A stretch of DNA of 64,000 bases from the human T2T-CHM13v2.0 reference genome, Homo sapiens (GCF_009914755.1 NC_060931.1); one strand, 5' to 3'; shown: positions 1 to 13,826, counted from the first letter of the stretch. Numbers and translations: made by a program. The notes: a model not told the origin generated them from the letters alone.

Positions 1-128
1 GTTTAACAGCATCCCTGGCCTGCGCTCACTAGATGCAAGTAGCATCTCCCAGTTGTGACAACCAGAAATGTCTCCCTACACTGCTGTAACCCTGTGGGGT
101 AACACTGCATTGAATTGAGAAACACTGC
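1..128 (-). mobile_element. MER20 (hAT-Charlie DNA transposon), truncated by window edge
   Basis: cagcatccctggcc...actagatgc...cagttgtgacaaccagaaatgtctcc...ttgagaaacactg matches the reverse complement of the MER20 consensus as I recall it, including the terminal CAGTG TIR. Confidence 0.85.
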
Positions 129-1894
129 TAAGGGTAGGTGATTTTTTAAGCTTGGAAAGCTAAATAATTAGGTATAGATTTTGCAATGTATATCAAAGCC
201 ATGATACTAATATCACTGTATATTGTTTGTTTGGTTAGTAAATGTTCATTTTTTTTCAAGAATCTTAATACAAGGTAACTTTCTGGAGGTAATGAAAATG
301 TCCTATATTTTATGTAGGTTGTATATTACATTTGTCAAAAACTTTCTACGGAAATAGGCCCTTTTGATCTGTGCATTTTAATGTAAGTAATTATGCTTAA
401 ATTTTTTTTTTAAAAAAACAAGATTTTCTTAAAGTTTAAGGGAAATGTAGAAGTTAGGCTTTCATTTTAAGCAGCAAAGCAAAAGACAATTTCCTTAAGT
501 GCATTATTGTACTGTGGTTTGACATAATGTCATTTACTGTATTTCTAAATTTAGTATATTGTATTTACAAAAGTTGTTTAAATGCTTTTGAAGATCACTT
601 TTTGTTAAGCATGTAAATTCTCCCTGTAAGACATGTGAAAACACAAAGAATATAAAAATTCATATAGTTCAATACATTAAAAGAAATTTAATTAACTTGG
701 TTTTACAAGGGTTTAAAGGGAATTTAATCTGTTCAACCTAGGTTAATTGAACCTTACTGCAACCACAAGCAAAGGTGCTATTTTTTTCTTTATTCCTCAG
801 ATGAAAACAATGTATAATGAATTTCAAAAGTTGAACTTTAAGGCTAGAGGAGCCCATATTTTTAAATTTTTAACTTTAATAAATTGAAAATTAATGTCAA
901 ATACCATAATTCTAAATAATCCTTTCTTTTTACCTGAAAAGTTTGTCAAGGACGAAACCACAAGAAACTCTGAAATAAAAGAGGCAAAGAACATTCAGGG
1001 AGACTGAACAGAAGATGCCAAAAACGTGGTAAGAAAACCCTGAGAAGAGTAGCAGAACCCATAGAGAAGAAGTGTTTGGAAGAGGTGGTGGTGGTGAACA
1101 ACTTTTAATGGGAATGATCCAAGAAAAGAGAGAGGAAGAAAGAGGTCAGTTGAGTCTTAACATGGTGCCATGGCTATAGTAATTCTAGTGAAGCATATTC
1201 CAAATGAGAAAATAAGTACTTTCACAGACAGAGTAAATAAGTTTCCATACTATTTATAGACATTTTCTACCTATCTGTCTAATTCATGAATGTACTGTGA
1301 GTTTTTATGTGCATATTTATGTATACATTTACGTAACTCTCAGCTATCTTCTATCTAGTGTGAATGTGAATTACCAAAAATAAATATAAATATGGAGGAA
1401 AAAATCAAGCCTCTTCAGTTGCCTATCTCACCGAAGTAGTTCTCAAAGCTTTTGGTTAGAATAACTTGTATCAAATTCAGGCCTCACATATGAATGACTG
1501 TGTGAAAAGCTGAGCACATTATTTAAACTCTTCGCAGCCTAATTTCTCGAATCATTCAATGGAGCTAACTCGCGATGACTTGAAGATTGAGTGAGAGAAT
1601 TCATGTAAAACGTTCAGGGTAGGACGTTCAGTGTTCTCCACCTGTGCGGCACAATCACCCAAGAACCTAAAATGTAGAATCAAAGGCCCACTCCCGACTT
1701 CGATTTTCAGTTGGTCTCAGGGGAGACCCAGGCATATATTTCATGTTTTTTGTTTCTGTTTTTAAATTTTCTCCAGATATTTATTATGCAGTTAGTAGAG
1801 AAATCTTAATGGGAAAACTAGTACATAGTTCATTTTCAATAAGTGGCAGCTATTATCACTGTCATCACGATCATCAACTATAATAAATGGTTTC

Positions 1895-2179
1895 GGCTGG
1901 GCACGATGGATCACGCCTGTAATCCCAGCACTTTGGGAGGCCGAGGCGGATGGATCACGAGGTCAGGAGATCGAGACCATCCTGGCTAACATGGTGAAAC
2001 CCCGCCTCTACTAAAAAAATACAAAAAATTAGCCGGGCGTGGTGGCGGGCGCCTGTAGTCCCAGCTACTTGGGAGGCTGAGGCAGGAGAATGGCGTAAAA
2101 CCTGGGAGGCAGAGCTTGCAGTGAGCCGAGATGCACCACTGCACTCCAGCCTGGGTGACAGAGCGAGACTCCATCTCAA

Positions 2180-2209
<30 letters not shown>
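1895..2209 (+). mobile_element. AluY, full length, (AAAT)n tail
   Basis: Dimeric Alu with Y-type diagnostics (gagatcgagaccatcctggctaac, gagaatggcgt, gagcttgcagtgagccgag); TSD aataaatggtttc at 1882-1894 and 2210-2222. Confidence 0.95.
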
Positions 2210-2214
<5 letters not shown>

Positions 2215-4017
2215 ATGGTTTCTTCAATGAATTTTCACAGTTAAAGAAATTACATTGACATTGGCACCTGAAGGTTGCCTGAAGGCAAATAGAAAATAAT
2301 ACAAATGAACCACTGATTTTTAAAGCTATTATAAACTTCTTACTATAAAAATGAAATTTGCATTTATCTATGGCAGAGTTACTGTAAGGATTAGCATCAT
2401 ATCATTATCTCCTTTTGGCAGAGAAGATATAAATTGTGTCTTTCAGCTGAATCATTGTAATCAGAATTTAAATTCATATAGTTTTAATTACATTCAACTT
2501 TTTATAAAATTATTACATTTGATGAATGAACTATTAGAAGACACCTCAAAATATCAATTACTTAAAAATGTACCTAGTCATAAGAAAACTTTTATTTAAT
2601 AAAAATGACAGCATAGTTCCATAAAATTTAATAGCAATTTATATGTTACATATTCTCAATTGGAAAGAATGTGTGGCATTATAGCCGTGTTATAACTACT
2701 GCTTATGAGTTAAGGACATGTGCAGAAGACCAGGAATACAGTGTTTTGTGGTCACCAACAAAATAATAAAATGCATTCCCAAGTATATAAATTATTAATC
2801 ATTTTTGAATTATCATTGCCCTTAAGTCTTTCAAATTTGCTGAACATTCTCCCATTTTATAAATCCTTGAAACTTCATTTGCAAAATGTGGCATTTCAGA
2901 TAAATTCAGCCTGCAGCACATACTCTAGGACCATGCAGATGATGCACTCATCCTGACCGCTCTCCTCCGCTGATGAGGACACTTGACATTTCATCAACGA
3001 GGCGTTTGAGGACCAGGTAGACGCTCACTGCAAACCTAAGGGCCATCAGATGCAGAGGAAGCCACTTGCAATTGATTGTTCTCCTTAAACAACTTCCCTT
3101 TTAGGCTTCTGACATGATCTGTGATCTTCTGACATTTTGTGTTGCTTCCTTAATTTCAGTTTTGCTTTGTTGTGACCAAAAAAGTAACTTCCTTGGAAGT
3201 CTGACACAAGTTAAATTTCTCAGTACAATTTAGCCTTTCAGCTAGAATGTTATTGAAAGTTGTTAGTATTTGAGATAAATATGGAGTAAATATTTAGTCT
3301 AGTAATAAGGAGAAAACATCTTAAGAGCTTAGCAGTAGCCTTAGTAGATATTGAAAAACCTTGCCACACACACCTCTCGTTAATATCTGGGGTATGGTGG
3401 AGGAAGTCCAACATGTTCCTCAGGCTACCCATTGGAGGTAGGGTCTCTGCACATACTCCCTAGTGACTTTTGGCCAGCAACTCTCTTATCCTCTGTATTT
3501 CACTCACTGGTTAATTGATGTACATCTTTCATATTTTTAACTTATGTCTCTTTATTCATTAGGGCATTTCCATTGAAAAATTTAAAGGGACATGTTTTTA
3601 AAATGAGAGAGGATGTATCATTTCATTTTAAATTTAAATTACCATTAAAATAAGAAAAAGTGCTGTATTCTGGGTGCTAAGAAGATGCACGAACAAATTT
3701 AGCTAAGAAGGTCTTTTAATGCAGCATGCTGGGCTACCTCCCTTCGCTGGGTCAGGTTGTCTCTGTATGGCCATTACAGAATAATGCCTTTATGGAAGTA
3801 TATATTAAACTAAACTGAAAATTAGGGAGATTTATGTGTCTTCAGAATGCACCAAAAGCCACTTGAATTTGCTGAAATCTGGACCTTATTAGACACTGAC
3901 TTATTTTCTTTTACATAATAATGAAAGAAAAAAAATGTATGCCTCCATTATGTCAGAGGAAGCCCATTTTGTGCAGCTAGTTTGGGATACTCTATATCAG
4001 AAGAGGAGATGAAAACG

Positions 4018-4411
4018 TGTTAAAACAATTAATTCAGAATCCAGGGCACAGGAGCTATTAGACTGAGGAGTGTCCTGTGCCCTGGATTTCACGTAAGCAA
4101 ATCAAAACCCAGCTCAGTGTAAATGGTCATAGTCTGGGATAATGAAATATAAGCTTAACCAATTTGAAGCCACCAACTAACCTCTAGCTAGGAACCTTTC
4201 ACGGGAATGATCCAAATAAGGCTACTGTTCCACTGTAACCAGTTATGTTTTCTTTGTCTTGATACTATGTTCACCTTATATATACTTTCCTTTCATGCCC
4301 TTTCCAAGGAGCCCCAAACCACTTGTGGTCTGGAGCTGCCTAATTCATGAATTGCTGTCTGCTCAAATGAACTCTTTAAAATTTTAATGTGTCTACGTTT
4401 ATCTTTAAACA
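4018..4411 (+). mobile_element. Solo LTR, LTR47-like
   Basis: TG...CA ends; tgttaaaacaattaatt...cgtaagcaaatcaaaacccagctcagtgtaaa...aagcttaaccaat...aactctttaaaattttaatgtg...ctttaaaca. Confidence 0.6.
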
Positions 4412-5354
4412 TAAATCATCCTTCTACTTTTGCCTTCCCTCTAAGGTGGTTGAGATCTGAGCTTTGTAAATGAACATTATACATCAGACAAGACCCAATT
4501 TTCTCACATACCTTTACTTCTGACTTCTTTATTTCATCTTTATAGTAACTGCCTTTTTAATGTTTTCTTATTTCAAATTGACTTAAATAAAATCAGCACA
4601 TTTTTAAAGTTAGATGGCATATTTTTTAAGTTATATGATTTAAGGAAAATGTTACTGCAATTCTAAAAAATATAAGGTGGTTACATACTTGCAACAAGTT
4701 TTAATGGTTTTTTTTCAATTAAAGATTGTAAATTACTTCTCCTGAGAGAGACATTTTTCTCTTACCAAGAATTTTTCCTCACTCTGCTTTTCTGGGTATT
4801 ATAGCTGTTATGACTGCATAAGCCAAGTTGTTTTGACTTAGCTTTATGATCTTAAGAAAATCACTTAATCTTAATTCTGTTACATTAGTTTATCTTCTAA
4901 AAAATGGGTTTAAAAAGAGTAGCTTCCTTCTAGTTTTGCTATGAAGTCTAATGAAATTAATGAACAACAAGCTTGAAGGACAATAAGCCTTAGCTATTAT
5001 TTTGGCAGCATGATGATAGGATATGTTAGATTTCTTTATACAGAATGTCATCATTTAAATTTCTCATATCAAATGGAGGAGACATTATTCCCATGCCTTT
5101 TCTCTCAGAACAACATTTATTAATACTCTCAGTTTTCTTACTTGTATTTTCAAATTCTAGTGAGAATAAAATAGGTCACATTTGTGTTACTCTTGTCCTA
5201 CATTGATCTACAGAAACTTCAAAGAAGCCCCGGAACTGCTCTGAAAATATATCTCCATATGTCCCCATTTTAGTAAACATGCAGATGTCCCTTCAGTGGG
5301 TTGCTCTGGAACAAGGTCTGAAAGTCAGTTTCTAGTCCAGATGAGGAGCGAAGC

Positions 5355-5495
5355 AGTAAACAAGGCCAGTGAGGCCTGTTCTCATGGAGCTTGCATTCTG
5401 GTAGGAGGGAGAGAGTACATGAGTGAATAAATACATCTAAACATGTCAGCTAGTGATGCATGCGAAGTATATAGTTAAGGCAACGAGATGGAGAG
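5355..5495 (-). mobile_element. L2 fragment
   Basis: cctgttctcatggagcttgcattctggtaggag is a typical antisense L2 3' motif. Confidence 0.55.
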
Positions 5496-7108
5496 GTTCC
5501 AGGCCCTTAGGCAGGGCCATTAGGCCATCCCACTATTGCAGTCTTTCTCCTAAGCCACAGCATCTTGCTTTTTTAGATTTTTCAGTAGTTAGGGGGAGCC
5601 CAACCGGGCTCTGAGTCTCTCAGGTACCACAAGACATTCATCTAGTTCTGGTTCCTTTTGGAAAACTTTCTCTAGGTTTGAAGTGAGGAAGAAGCATTCC
5701 ATTCCTGCTCTAGATCTCATGATTGGGAAACTCACCACACATGAATTAATTCCTGTTTAAAATTACCTCCAGTCTTCAGTGTCTCTGACAGGAACCAGGA
5801 GATGAGATTTTGTGCTTTTTGGTATTGACCTCCATGGCAGTCTCACAGCTCCTTTTGCTCTGTGATCTCTACCAATATTCTTAGAAATTCAGTAAAAATG
5901 GAGGGAGAAATTTCTGAGTGCAATTTTTACCCCCCCCCCGTTGTATGGGAATTGGCTGCCTTTTAGACTAAGTCACTCCAGCCCAAGGACGGAGCATTGA
6001 TGGGAACTCTGTATTTTCACTCTGATCCCGGGAAACTGCAGACAGAAAGAAAATATTTTTTTTGTCATGCAAAAATAATCAACTTCCCCAATATCAGAGT
6101 CTGGGTCCAATACACTGTGTGGTTCACAGAAGAGGCTCATTACAGCTTAAAGGTTCTTTCCCAAGGAAAAGTTTGTTTGACTACCTTACTGAAGCTAGAA
6201 ATGCAACAATGCCGATTTCTCACGTGTATCTGTAGTTATTCTAGAATGATGCATACATGAATTTCATACTACATGCTTCTGCTATGTTTAATTCCCTTAT
6301 TCCCAATGACTCATATTATCTTTATAAAGTCACTAGAGAAAGAGTACAAGACTCTTTATGCTTTAGAGAGGTGTGTTGTTATTGGTAGCAATAACAAATA
6401 TTGCAGGTAAGCAGAGTCCTAGTAAAACAGGCAGTATTTTACATGCAATCCATTTAAAAACCAAGCATCTGGAAATTCCTAGGAGCTAAAGAAAGTTATC
6501 CAAACAAGTAATAGCATCTCTATAAGTGCTGAATCCCTGAGCCCCCTTTATAGGGGCTGAGCGAGTGGAAGGAAGCCAGCCCCAGGCAGAACAGGCACTT
6601 CAGAAATTTAAGCAAATGAACATCTTTACCTTTATGCCACATTGGCTGAAGCTAAAATTTGTCCCCCAGAGTTATGGCCACCAAAAGATGTTCAAAACAT
6701 AACATGGACTACATTTTAAAGGGAAATCTGTGCGAAAACACCACAAGCATAAGGTGAGAATGAGAATGGATCCTTTAAGAAAAAAACAAACAAACAATGA
6801 ATTTTACTGCTGGAAAATACAACTTCTGTAAGGTTACAGTGGTGTAGACACTAAACCTAAATAGAGACAAGATTATGGAGAAAGGTATACAGAAAAGGAG
6901 TTTGTCTTTTCAAATTTGACAGTGGAGTTCTGTATCTAATTACACACATGTGTATGCTCCAACACCCTGGGTGTTGTCAAACACCTGCTTCTTTATGAGG
7001 AGCTAACAAACTCTTATTGTGTTCCCCAATAGACAAACTCTGGCTTCTATTTTTTTCTCATTTCCTCTGGATGGAATGGTAGGTTCCAAAATTAATCTGT
7101 ACTATAGG

Positions 7109-7614
7109 TGTATTAGTCAGGGTTCTCTAGAGGGACAGAACTAATAGGATATATATAATAGTTCATTATATATATTCTATATATGTTACATATATCTAAT
7201 GCATTATTATATATGCATATAATAAAGGGGAGCTTATTAAGTAGTATTAACTCACACAATCACAAGGTCCCACAATAGGCTGCCTGCAAGCTGAGGGGAA
7301 AGGAAGCCAGTCTGAGTCCCAAAGCTGAATAACTTGTCCAATGTTTGAGGGCAGGAAGCATGCAGCACTGGAGAGAGATGTAGGCTGAGAGGCTAAGCCA
7401 GTCTAGTCTTTTCAAGTTCTTCTGTCTGCTTTTTATTCTGGCTGCACTGGCAGCTGATTAGATGGTGCCCACCCAGATTGAGGGTGGGTCTGCCTTTCCC
7501 CACCCACTGACTCAGATGTTAATCTCCTTTGCCAACACCCTTACAGACACAGGCAGGAACACTATTTTGCATCCTTCAATCCAATCAACTTGACACTCAG
7601 TATTAACCATCACA
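7109..7614 (-). mobile_element. MLT2A (HERVL) solo LTR
   Basis: tgtattagtcagggttctctagagggacagaactaatagga(ta)n ... caatccaatcaa...cagtattaaccatcaca; 5-bp TSD atagg/atggg. Confidence 0.9.
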
Positions 7615-9376
7615 ATGGGATTATTCCGAACGTATGCACTTATGGTTCTGAGTCCCTATACTATTTTTAACGTATCTACATATTTAGTGCAAATTATTCT
7701 GCTTGTAAGCTCTTATATTTCTTAATGTTAAATAGCACATGCTATTTACTGAAATGTGGACAATAAGCAACTATTGAAAAGAAAAAATGATATAAAATTC
7801 TAACAATTAACATCAACATTTTGATGCATTTCCTAATGTTATTCTTTCTATGAATTTATTTACATAGAATTAATATATTATAAAGTTGAGATCATGCTTT
7901 ATATACAATATTGATTCCTTGTCAGTAAATTACATTATTTATAATTGTTGAGCCAATATGATAACATTGCAACAAATATCATTATACGTCAGTCTTGTGC
8001 ACTGGATTACTATTTAGATGTTTTGTCTAGCAGTGAGGTCATTAAGGCAAAACTATAACAATTTTATTACTCTTTATAGATATTGCCAGAAAACATTTCA
8101 AAGACAAAGGGCTGTATGAGAAGACACAATTCTATTTTAAATTAATCACTTCTAGAACTTCACATCTTCCAAGAACAGACTCTGAAGGTCAAGTACCCTG
8201 CTCCAAGGGCTTTCTTATTTTGCAGGGAGACTGGAACTCCAAAAAGAAAATAAAACTACATTCTAATAATCAGAAACTGTCAGGAAGGGAAAGAACTCTA
8301 TTTTATAATGCATCATGAAATAAATGAGTTTTCATAAGTGAGTAGACATCCATTTACCCTTTGCATTCCAAGGATAGTGGATGAAGCAAGGCTGAGCTTC
8401 TGCACTTCTCAATGCCTTTGTTAATATATGCAAGGAGGCACCAACTGCTTGGATATTTTTAGGCAGGCACATTGTTGGCAGGATTCTATGCCTGACTTGG
8501 TTGAGGACTCATTACATCAGTCAAAAATGATTAAAGGAAAATTTTGTAAGTTTCCTCCCTGAATGATTCTATAAAATCATGAAGTGATATTAGAAAATTC
8601 ATACAAATTTGTGTTTCTCACCTATCATAGTTTGGGCTAATAACATCTCAAACCTCCGCTATTTCTCTTGCCTTCAGATTTCCTCTGGGTCTCAAGATTT
8701 TAACAGAGGCCATGCCTTGCCTGGGGTCCACTCCACATTCATTCCTCCTTTTCCTCCTCTGTTTCTGGACAGAGTCATCAAGGGATAATTTTATAGCACC
8801 CTCTTTATTTCAATTGGCTCTCTAGTCTATCAAACCATTTTCTTCTAATGGAATATTACTTTTTCTTCTTTCTTTATACTTAGCAAAGTTTCTGGGGTTT
8901 TTTTGTATTAATTTACTTTTTTTTTTTTTTCTTTTTCAGTCTCACCTTCTAGATGCTCTCTGGGATCAAGGTCTTCATCAATTATTCCCAAAGTCTAATA
9001 CACAAAAATAGTCAATTCATAATTGACATAATACATCTTTACTTGATGAAACATTGCATTAGCAAACTCTGTATCATTGATACGGTTATTTTGACAAGCT
9101 ATAATTTTATATTATTGACATTTTAAATTTGTCATAATGTTACCTACTAATTTTAAATAACTGAATCAATACAGAGCAGAAAGTAAAAAGTAACACAATG
9201 TAGAAATAATCTCACCATCAGAAATGAATATCATTATCTTTTGGTGAATAACTTTCCATAAATCTTTTATTACAATGATTTGGATAAACGTTCAGAGAAA
9301 TCGGAAAACTCTTCAGAGAAACAGGTTGACAGATATATTGTTATATATAAAGAAATCTCACCAAATATTTATTTTA

Positions 9377-9687
9377 TTTTTATTTTTATTTATTTATTTA
9401 TTTTTTGAGACGGAGTCTCACTCTGTCGTCCAGGCTGGAGTGAAGTGACGTGATCTCGGCTCACTGCAAGCTCTGCCTCCCAGGTTCACGCCATTCTCCT
9501 GCCTCAGCCTTCCGAGTAGCTGGTACCACATGTGCCCGCCACCACGCCTGGCTAATTATTTGTATTTTTAGTAGAGATGGGGTTCCACCGTGTTAGCCAG
9601 GATGGTCTCAATCTCCTGACCTTGTGATCCGCCTGCCTCAGCCTCCCAAAGTGCCGGGACTACAGGCGTAAGTCACCGCACCCAGCC
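9377..9687 (-). mobile_element. AluY inserted in the tail of the adjacent AluS
   Basis: Antisense Alu with Y diagnostics (gcaagctc, ggttcacgccattctcc, gttagccaggatggtctc). Confidence 0.9.
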
Positions 9688-10025
<338 letters not shown>

Positions 10026-10028
10026 TAG

Positions 10029-10364
10029 TGCTATGGACTGAATTTATGTGTTAAATCCCTAATCACCAATATAACTGCATTTAGCGAATGGGGGTTTTAG
10101 GAGGTAATTAAATTAGGGTGGGGTTTTATAGAATTGATAGATCTCTCTCTGTCTAGGCACACATACTGAGGAAAGGCCATGTGTAGACACACATAAAGGA
10201 GGTGTCCATCTGCAAACCAAGAAGAGAGCCTTCACCAAAACCCTTCCATGCTGGCACCTTGACCTTGAACTTATGGCCTCCAGAATTGTGAGAAAATACA
10301 TTTTTGTTGTTTATACCCCCCCAATTATGGTATCATGTTATGGTAGCCTGAGCCGAGTAATGCA
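10029..10364 (+). mobile_element. MLT1A-type MaLR solo LTR
   Basis: tgctatggactgaat...gctggcaccttgaccttgaactt...cctccagaattgtgagaaaata...gttatggtagcctgagc. Confidence 0.8.
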
Positions 10365-11282
10365 TCTGTTAAATTTAATTTAAATTTATTTTAACAGAAG
10401 AAGATGAATTGAAATCGTATTGAAGGGACTTGGATGACTCCATCAAATGTCTCCTCATCCCAGGGATAATGTTTAAAACGTCATCTAATCTGGACAAAAA
10501 TATTTGAAAACAAACAAACAAAAAAGGCGGGGGGCACCAGTGAGCATACGGAGACTGTATTACGTAAGAAGAAAGGAAGATGTGAATATAGTAGAGACTG
10601 GAGGAGTTCACATTTCAAGTTTCAAGGAGACACAGAAGATAGCCAATTGTAGAAAAGAAGAAAAAACTTTAAAGGTAAAGAATAAAAGAAACATATCTAC
10701 CTAAAAGAAACATATCTACCTATCAATTATCTAGATATAGGTAGAGGTATACAGAGATGGAGACATAAATACATATATATATGTAGATATATAGATCCAT
10801 GTAAAGAGAGATATAGACACAGAAAAAAGAAAAAATGAAGGAGTGAAGAAAGGCACCATGGTGAATTGGTTTGTATTCTATTAATGACAAATGTGAGGGA
10901 AGCTGAGACAGTGGCTAACTTTATTTGAAATTCTATTTAATTGAATTGGACTTCTTTACTGGATTTTTTTTAAAAGGAGCATTCATCAGTGTTATACTTC
11001 CTGAATTTTATTGTGTTTGGTAATATCTTCGGCTAGGGATAAAAGCTGGGTGCCAAACTTAGCTTCGATATCTGGCTGGCTCTTCTGATACGAGATATTA
11101 CTGAGGAGAACTCTAAGTGGTGATTCTGTCTTACATGTAGGCTTCCTTTTTGCTCTAGTTACCTACAGAATTATTTCTACTTCTGTAATTTTAATATTAA
11201 ATAACTTGGCTATTACTCAGATTAAAAAAAATTTCTTGATCAGTATGTGTGCTTATTCCACCTATGGATTCAAAACTTTTTC

Positions 11283-11490
11283 CACACAGTAGGATGACTA
11301 TAGTTAAATTTTATTGTATATTTCAAAATAGCTACAGGAGTGGATATGGAATGTTCCCAACATAAACAAATAATAGATATTGAGGTGATGGCCCAATGAC
11401 CCTGAATTGGTCATTACATATTCTACACTTGTAACAAAATATCGTATGTACCTTATACAAAAATTATGTGTTCATAAAAATGGAAACTAA
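11283..11490 (+). mobile_element. L1MA-type 3' end fragment
   Basis: gtaggatgactatagtt...ttgtatatttcaaaatagct...tgaggtgatgg...ggtcattaca followed by an A-rich end. Confidence 0.7.
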
Positions 11491-11906
11491 AACATTAACT
11501 AAAAAGAAAAACTATTTTAAAAACTGTATTCATATCGGGAAAATGATCCTAACCTTGAAGTTTCTGTGACCCATTTCGTGTGCTTTCTGTTTATCTCTTC
11601 ACTAATTTTTCCATCAGGATGGTAATAGCATATTTTAAAAATGGTAAACCACGGTTATATAGTTCTTGAAAATATAAACATTATGAATAAAATAAGTTCT
11701 GTTGAAGACCAACCAAAGTCTCTTCCTCTCACCTTCTCCCTCCCACCCCTATAGAAGACACTATTATCAGTTCCATGTTTATCCTTCCACATTTCCTCTT
11801 ATTTATTTTCAGTGCATACATGCAAATATATAGTATTTTTTGATTTCTATTTTATTACATTTGAAGAGTCCTGTCATCTTTATGAGACCTTCTTTACACA
11901 TGTTGG

Positions 11907-12696
11907 TGAGGTAAGAGGTCAGCAAGGCTTGTTTTCCTGTCCCAACCCTCCTGACCAAAACAAGATCCAGTCCAGACAGGATGAAGTGAAGACACCAGTA
12001 GGAACCAGCAGATGGGAGGAAGGTGAGCCCTGGCTGCTCTCATTGCTCCCACCAGCTCCATGACACTTTAGAAATGCCATGGCAATGACCCGGAAGTTAC
12101 CACCCCTTTCCTTGTCAATAATCTGGAAGTTACTGCCCATTTCCTAGAAAGTTCTGAATAATCCAACCCCTCAATTTGCATTAACCCACCCTTTAATTTG
12201 CATGTAATTGTAAGTCGGTATAAAAGTGGGTATAAATACAGATGCCAAGAACACATTTTTTTTTTTTTTTTAGAGTCTTGCTCTATCGCCCAGGCTAGAG
12301 TACACTGGTGCAATATCAGCTCACTGCAACCCCTGCCTCCCAGGTTCAAGCGATTCTCCTGCCTCAGCCTCCTGAGTAGCTGGGATTACAGGTGCTGGCC
12401 ACCACGCCCAGCTAATTTTTGTTGGTCAGGCTGGTCTGGAACTCCTGACCTCATGATCCGCCCTCCTCAGCCTCCTGAAGTGCTGGGATTATAGGCATGA
12501 GCCGCCGTGCCTGGCTGAGCACATATGTTAACTCTGGTTGCAATGTTTGCAAGTCAGCCCTGCTTCACAAGGAGTGGCACCTTCAATACAAGGTTGTTGT
12601 CTACCACCTCCTGTTTGCCCTTGAATTCTTCCCTGGGTGAATCCAAGAAACCTCCCAAGCTAAGCCTCAATTTGGGGGCTTGCCTGTCCTACTTCC
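11907..12696 (+). mobile_element. ERV1 solo LTR, LTR19/MER41-related, interrupted by an Alu
   Basis: tgaggtaagaggtcagc...aatgccatggcaatgacccggaagttac...tataaata...cccttgaattcttccctggg...aatttgggggcttgcctgtcct; possible TSD ttgg/ttag. Confidence 0.7.
12256..12516 (-). mobile_element. AluS with ~30-bp internal deletion, nested in the LTR
   Basis: Antisense Alu lacking the gtatttttagtagagacggggtttcaccat segment; TSD gaacacat/gagcacat. Confidence 0.9.
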
Positions 12697-12970
12697 TTAG
12701 TACAAGTACATCTAACTCAGGCCTTTGAACTGCTATATAGTATGATATATTTTGACATATCAGTTTATTTATTATTTAGCACTTTTCAGTCTTTGCTATA
12801 ATGACACTTAATAAGCATGTAAATAGGCGGGGATTATGATAAAAACACACCTCTGGGATTACTGTGTTATGGAAACTTTAAATTTCAATAGATTTCCAAA
12901 ATTATATTCCAAGTGCAACTAACAAATTTTATTACTGCCACAAGATAACTTTGTATCAAACAATTATATA

Positions 12971-13106
12971 GGCTGGGTGCTGTGGCTCATGCCCATAATC
13001 TCAGCACTTTGGGAGGCTAAGGAAGGAGGAATGTTTAGGCCAGGAGTTTGAGACCAGCTTGTGCAACATAATGAGACCCTGTCTCTACAAAAAAACAAAA
13101 CAAACA
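12971..13106 (+). mobile_element. FLAM / Alu left monomer
   Basis: Single Alu arm ending in ccctgtctctacaaaaaaacaaaac. Confidence 0.8.
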
Positions 13107-13147
13107 TTTTCTAAACACGATATGATGGAATGTTTTAATATTTGCCA

Positions 13148-13253
13148 TGTATGTTTCCTAGGGCTACATAGCAAAGTGCCACATACTGGGTGGCTTAAAA
13201 CAACAGTTGTTATTCTCTCCCAGTTCTGGAATCTAGAATTTCAAAATTAAGGC
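13148..13253 (-). mobile_element. MLT1 LTR fragment
   Basis: aaagtgccacatactgggtggcttaaaacaacag...tctctcccagttctgga. Confidence 0.65.
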
Positions 13254-13518
13254 TGTCTTTGGCCCCCACAATAACTCACTGCAACTCCTGAGAGTGGCTG
13301 GCCCTTGGGTATCATGGCAGCTTCTCCATCCAAACCTTCACTCAGGATTCCGCTCTGGAGCCCAGTGTCCCAGCCCTCCCTTCCAGGCCCACAGTGGAGT
13401 CCGTCCCTGCAGGACACACAGTCAGGCACCTGTCTTACCCCTGTCCTTCTCCTTACCATGCTTCCAGTTGTCATGATTGTCCACTTACTGTTTCTGAACT
13501 ACCAGGTGCTCCTTCTGC

Positions 13519-13826
13519 TTTCTGTTTGTTTTTTGAGACGGAGTCCTCGCTCTGTCGCCCAGGGGAGTGCAGTGGCATGATCTCGGCTCACTGCAACTTC
13601 CACCCCCAGGGTTCATGCCATTCTCCTGCCTCAGCCTCCAGAGCAGCTGGGACTACAGGCACCCACCACCATGCCCGGCTAATTTTTCGTTGTTTTTTTT
13701 TTTTTTTTTGGTAGAGAAGGGGTTTCAATGTGCTAGTCAGGATGGTCTCGATTTCCTGACCTCGTGATCTGCCCGCCTCGGCCTCCCAAAGTGCTGGGAT
13801 CACAGGCGTGAGCCACATGCCCAGCC
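13519..13826 (-). mobile_element. AluY-like, with expanded central A-rich linker
   Basis: Antisense Alu (ggttcatgccattctcc, ggatggtctcgat...gacctcgtgatc) with a long T run in the linker. Confidence 0.9.

Noticed and set aside
2898-3016. Possible coding exon (ttcag...CAG|gtagac)
   Set aside because: All three frames contain stops and the splice signals are weak
6960-6976. 8-bp-arm palindrome caacaccc-t-gggtgttg
   Set aside because: Short enough to be expected by chance in 64 kb
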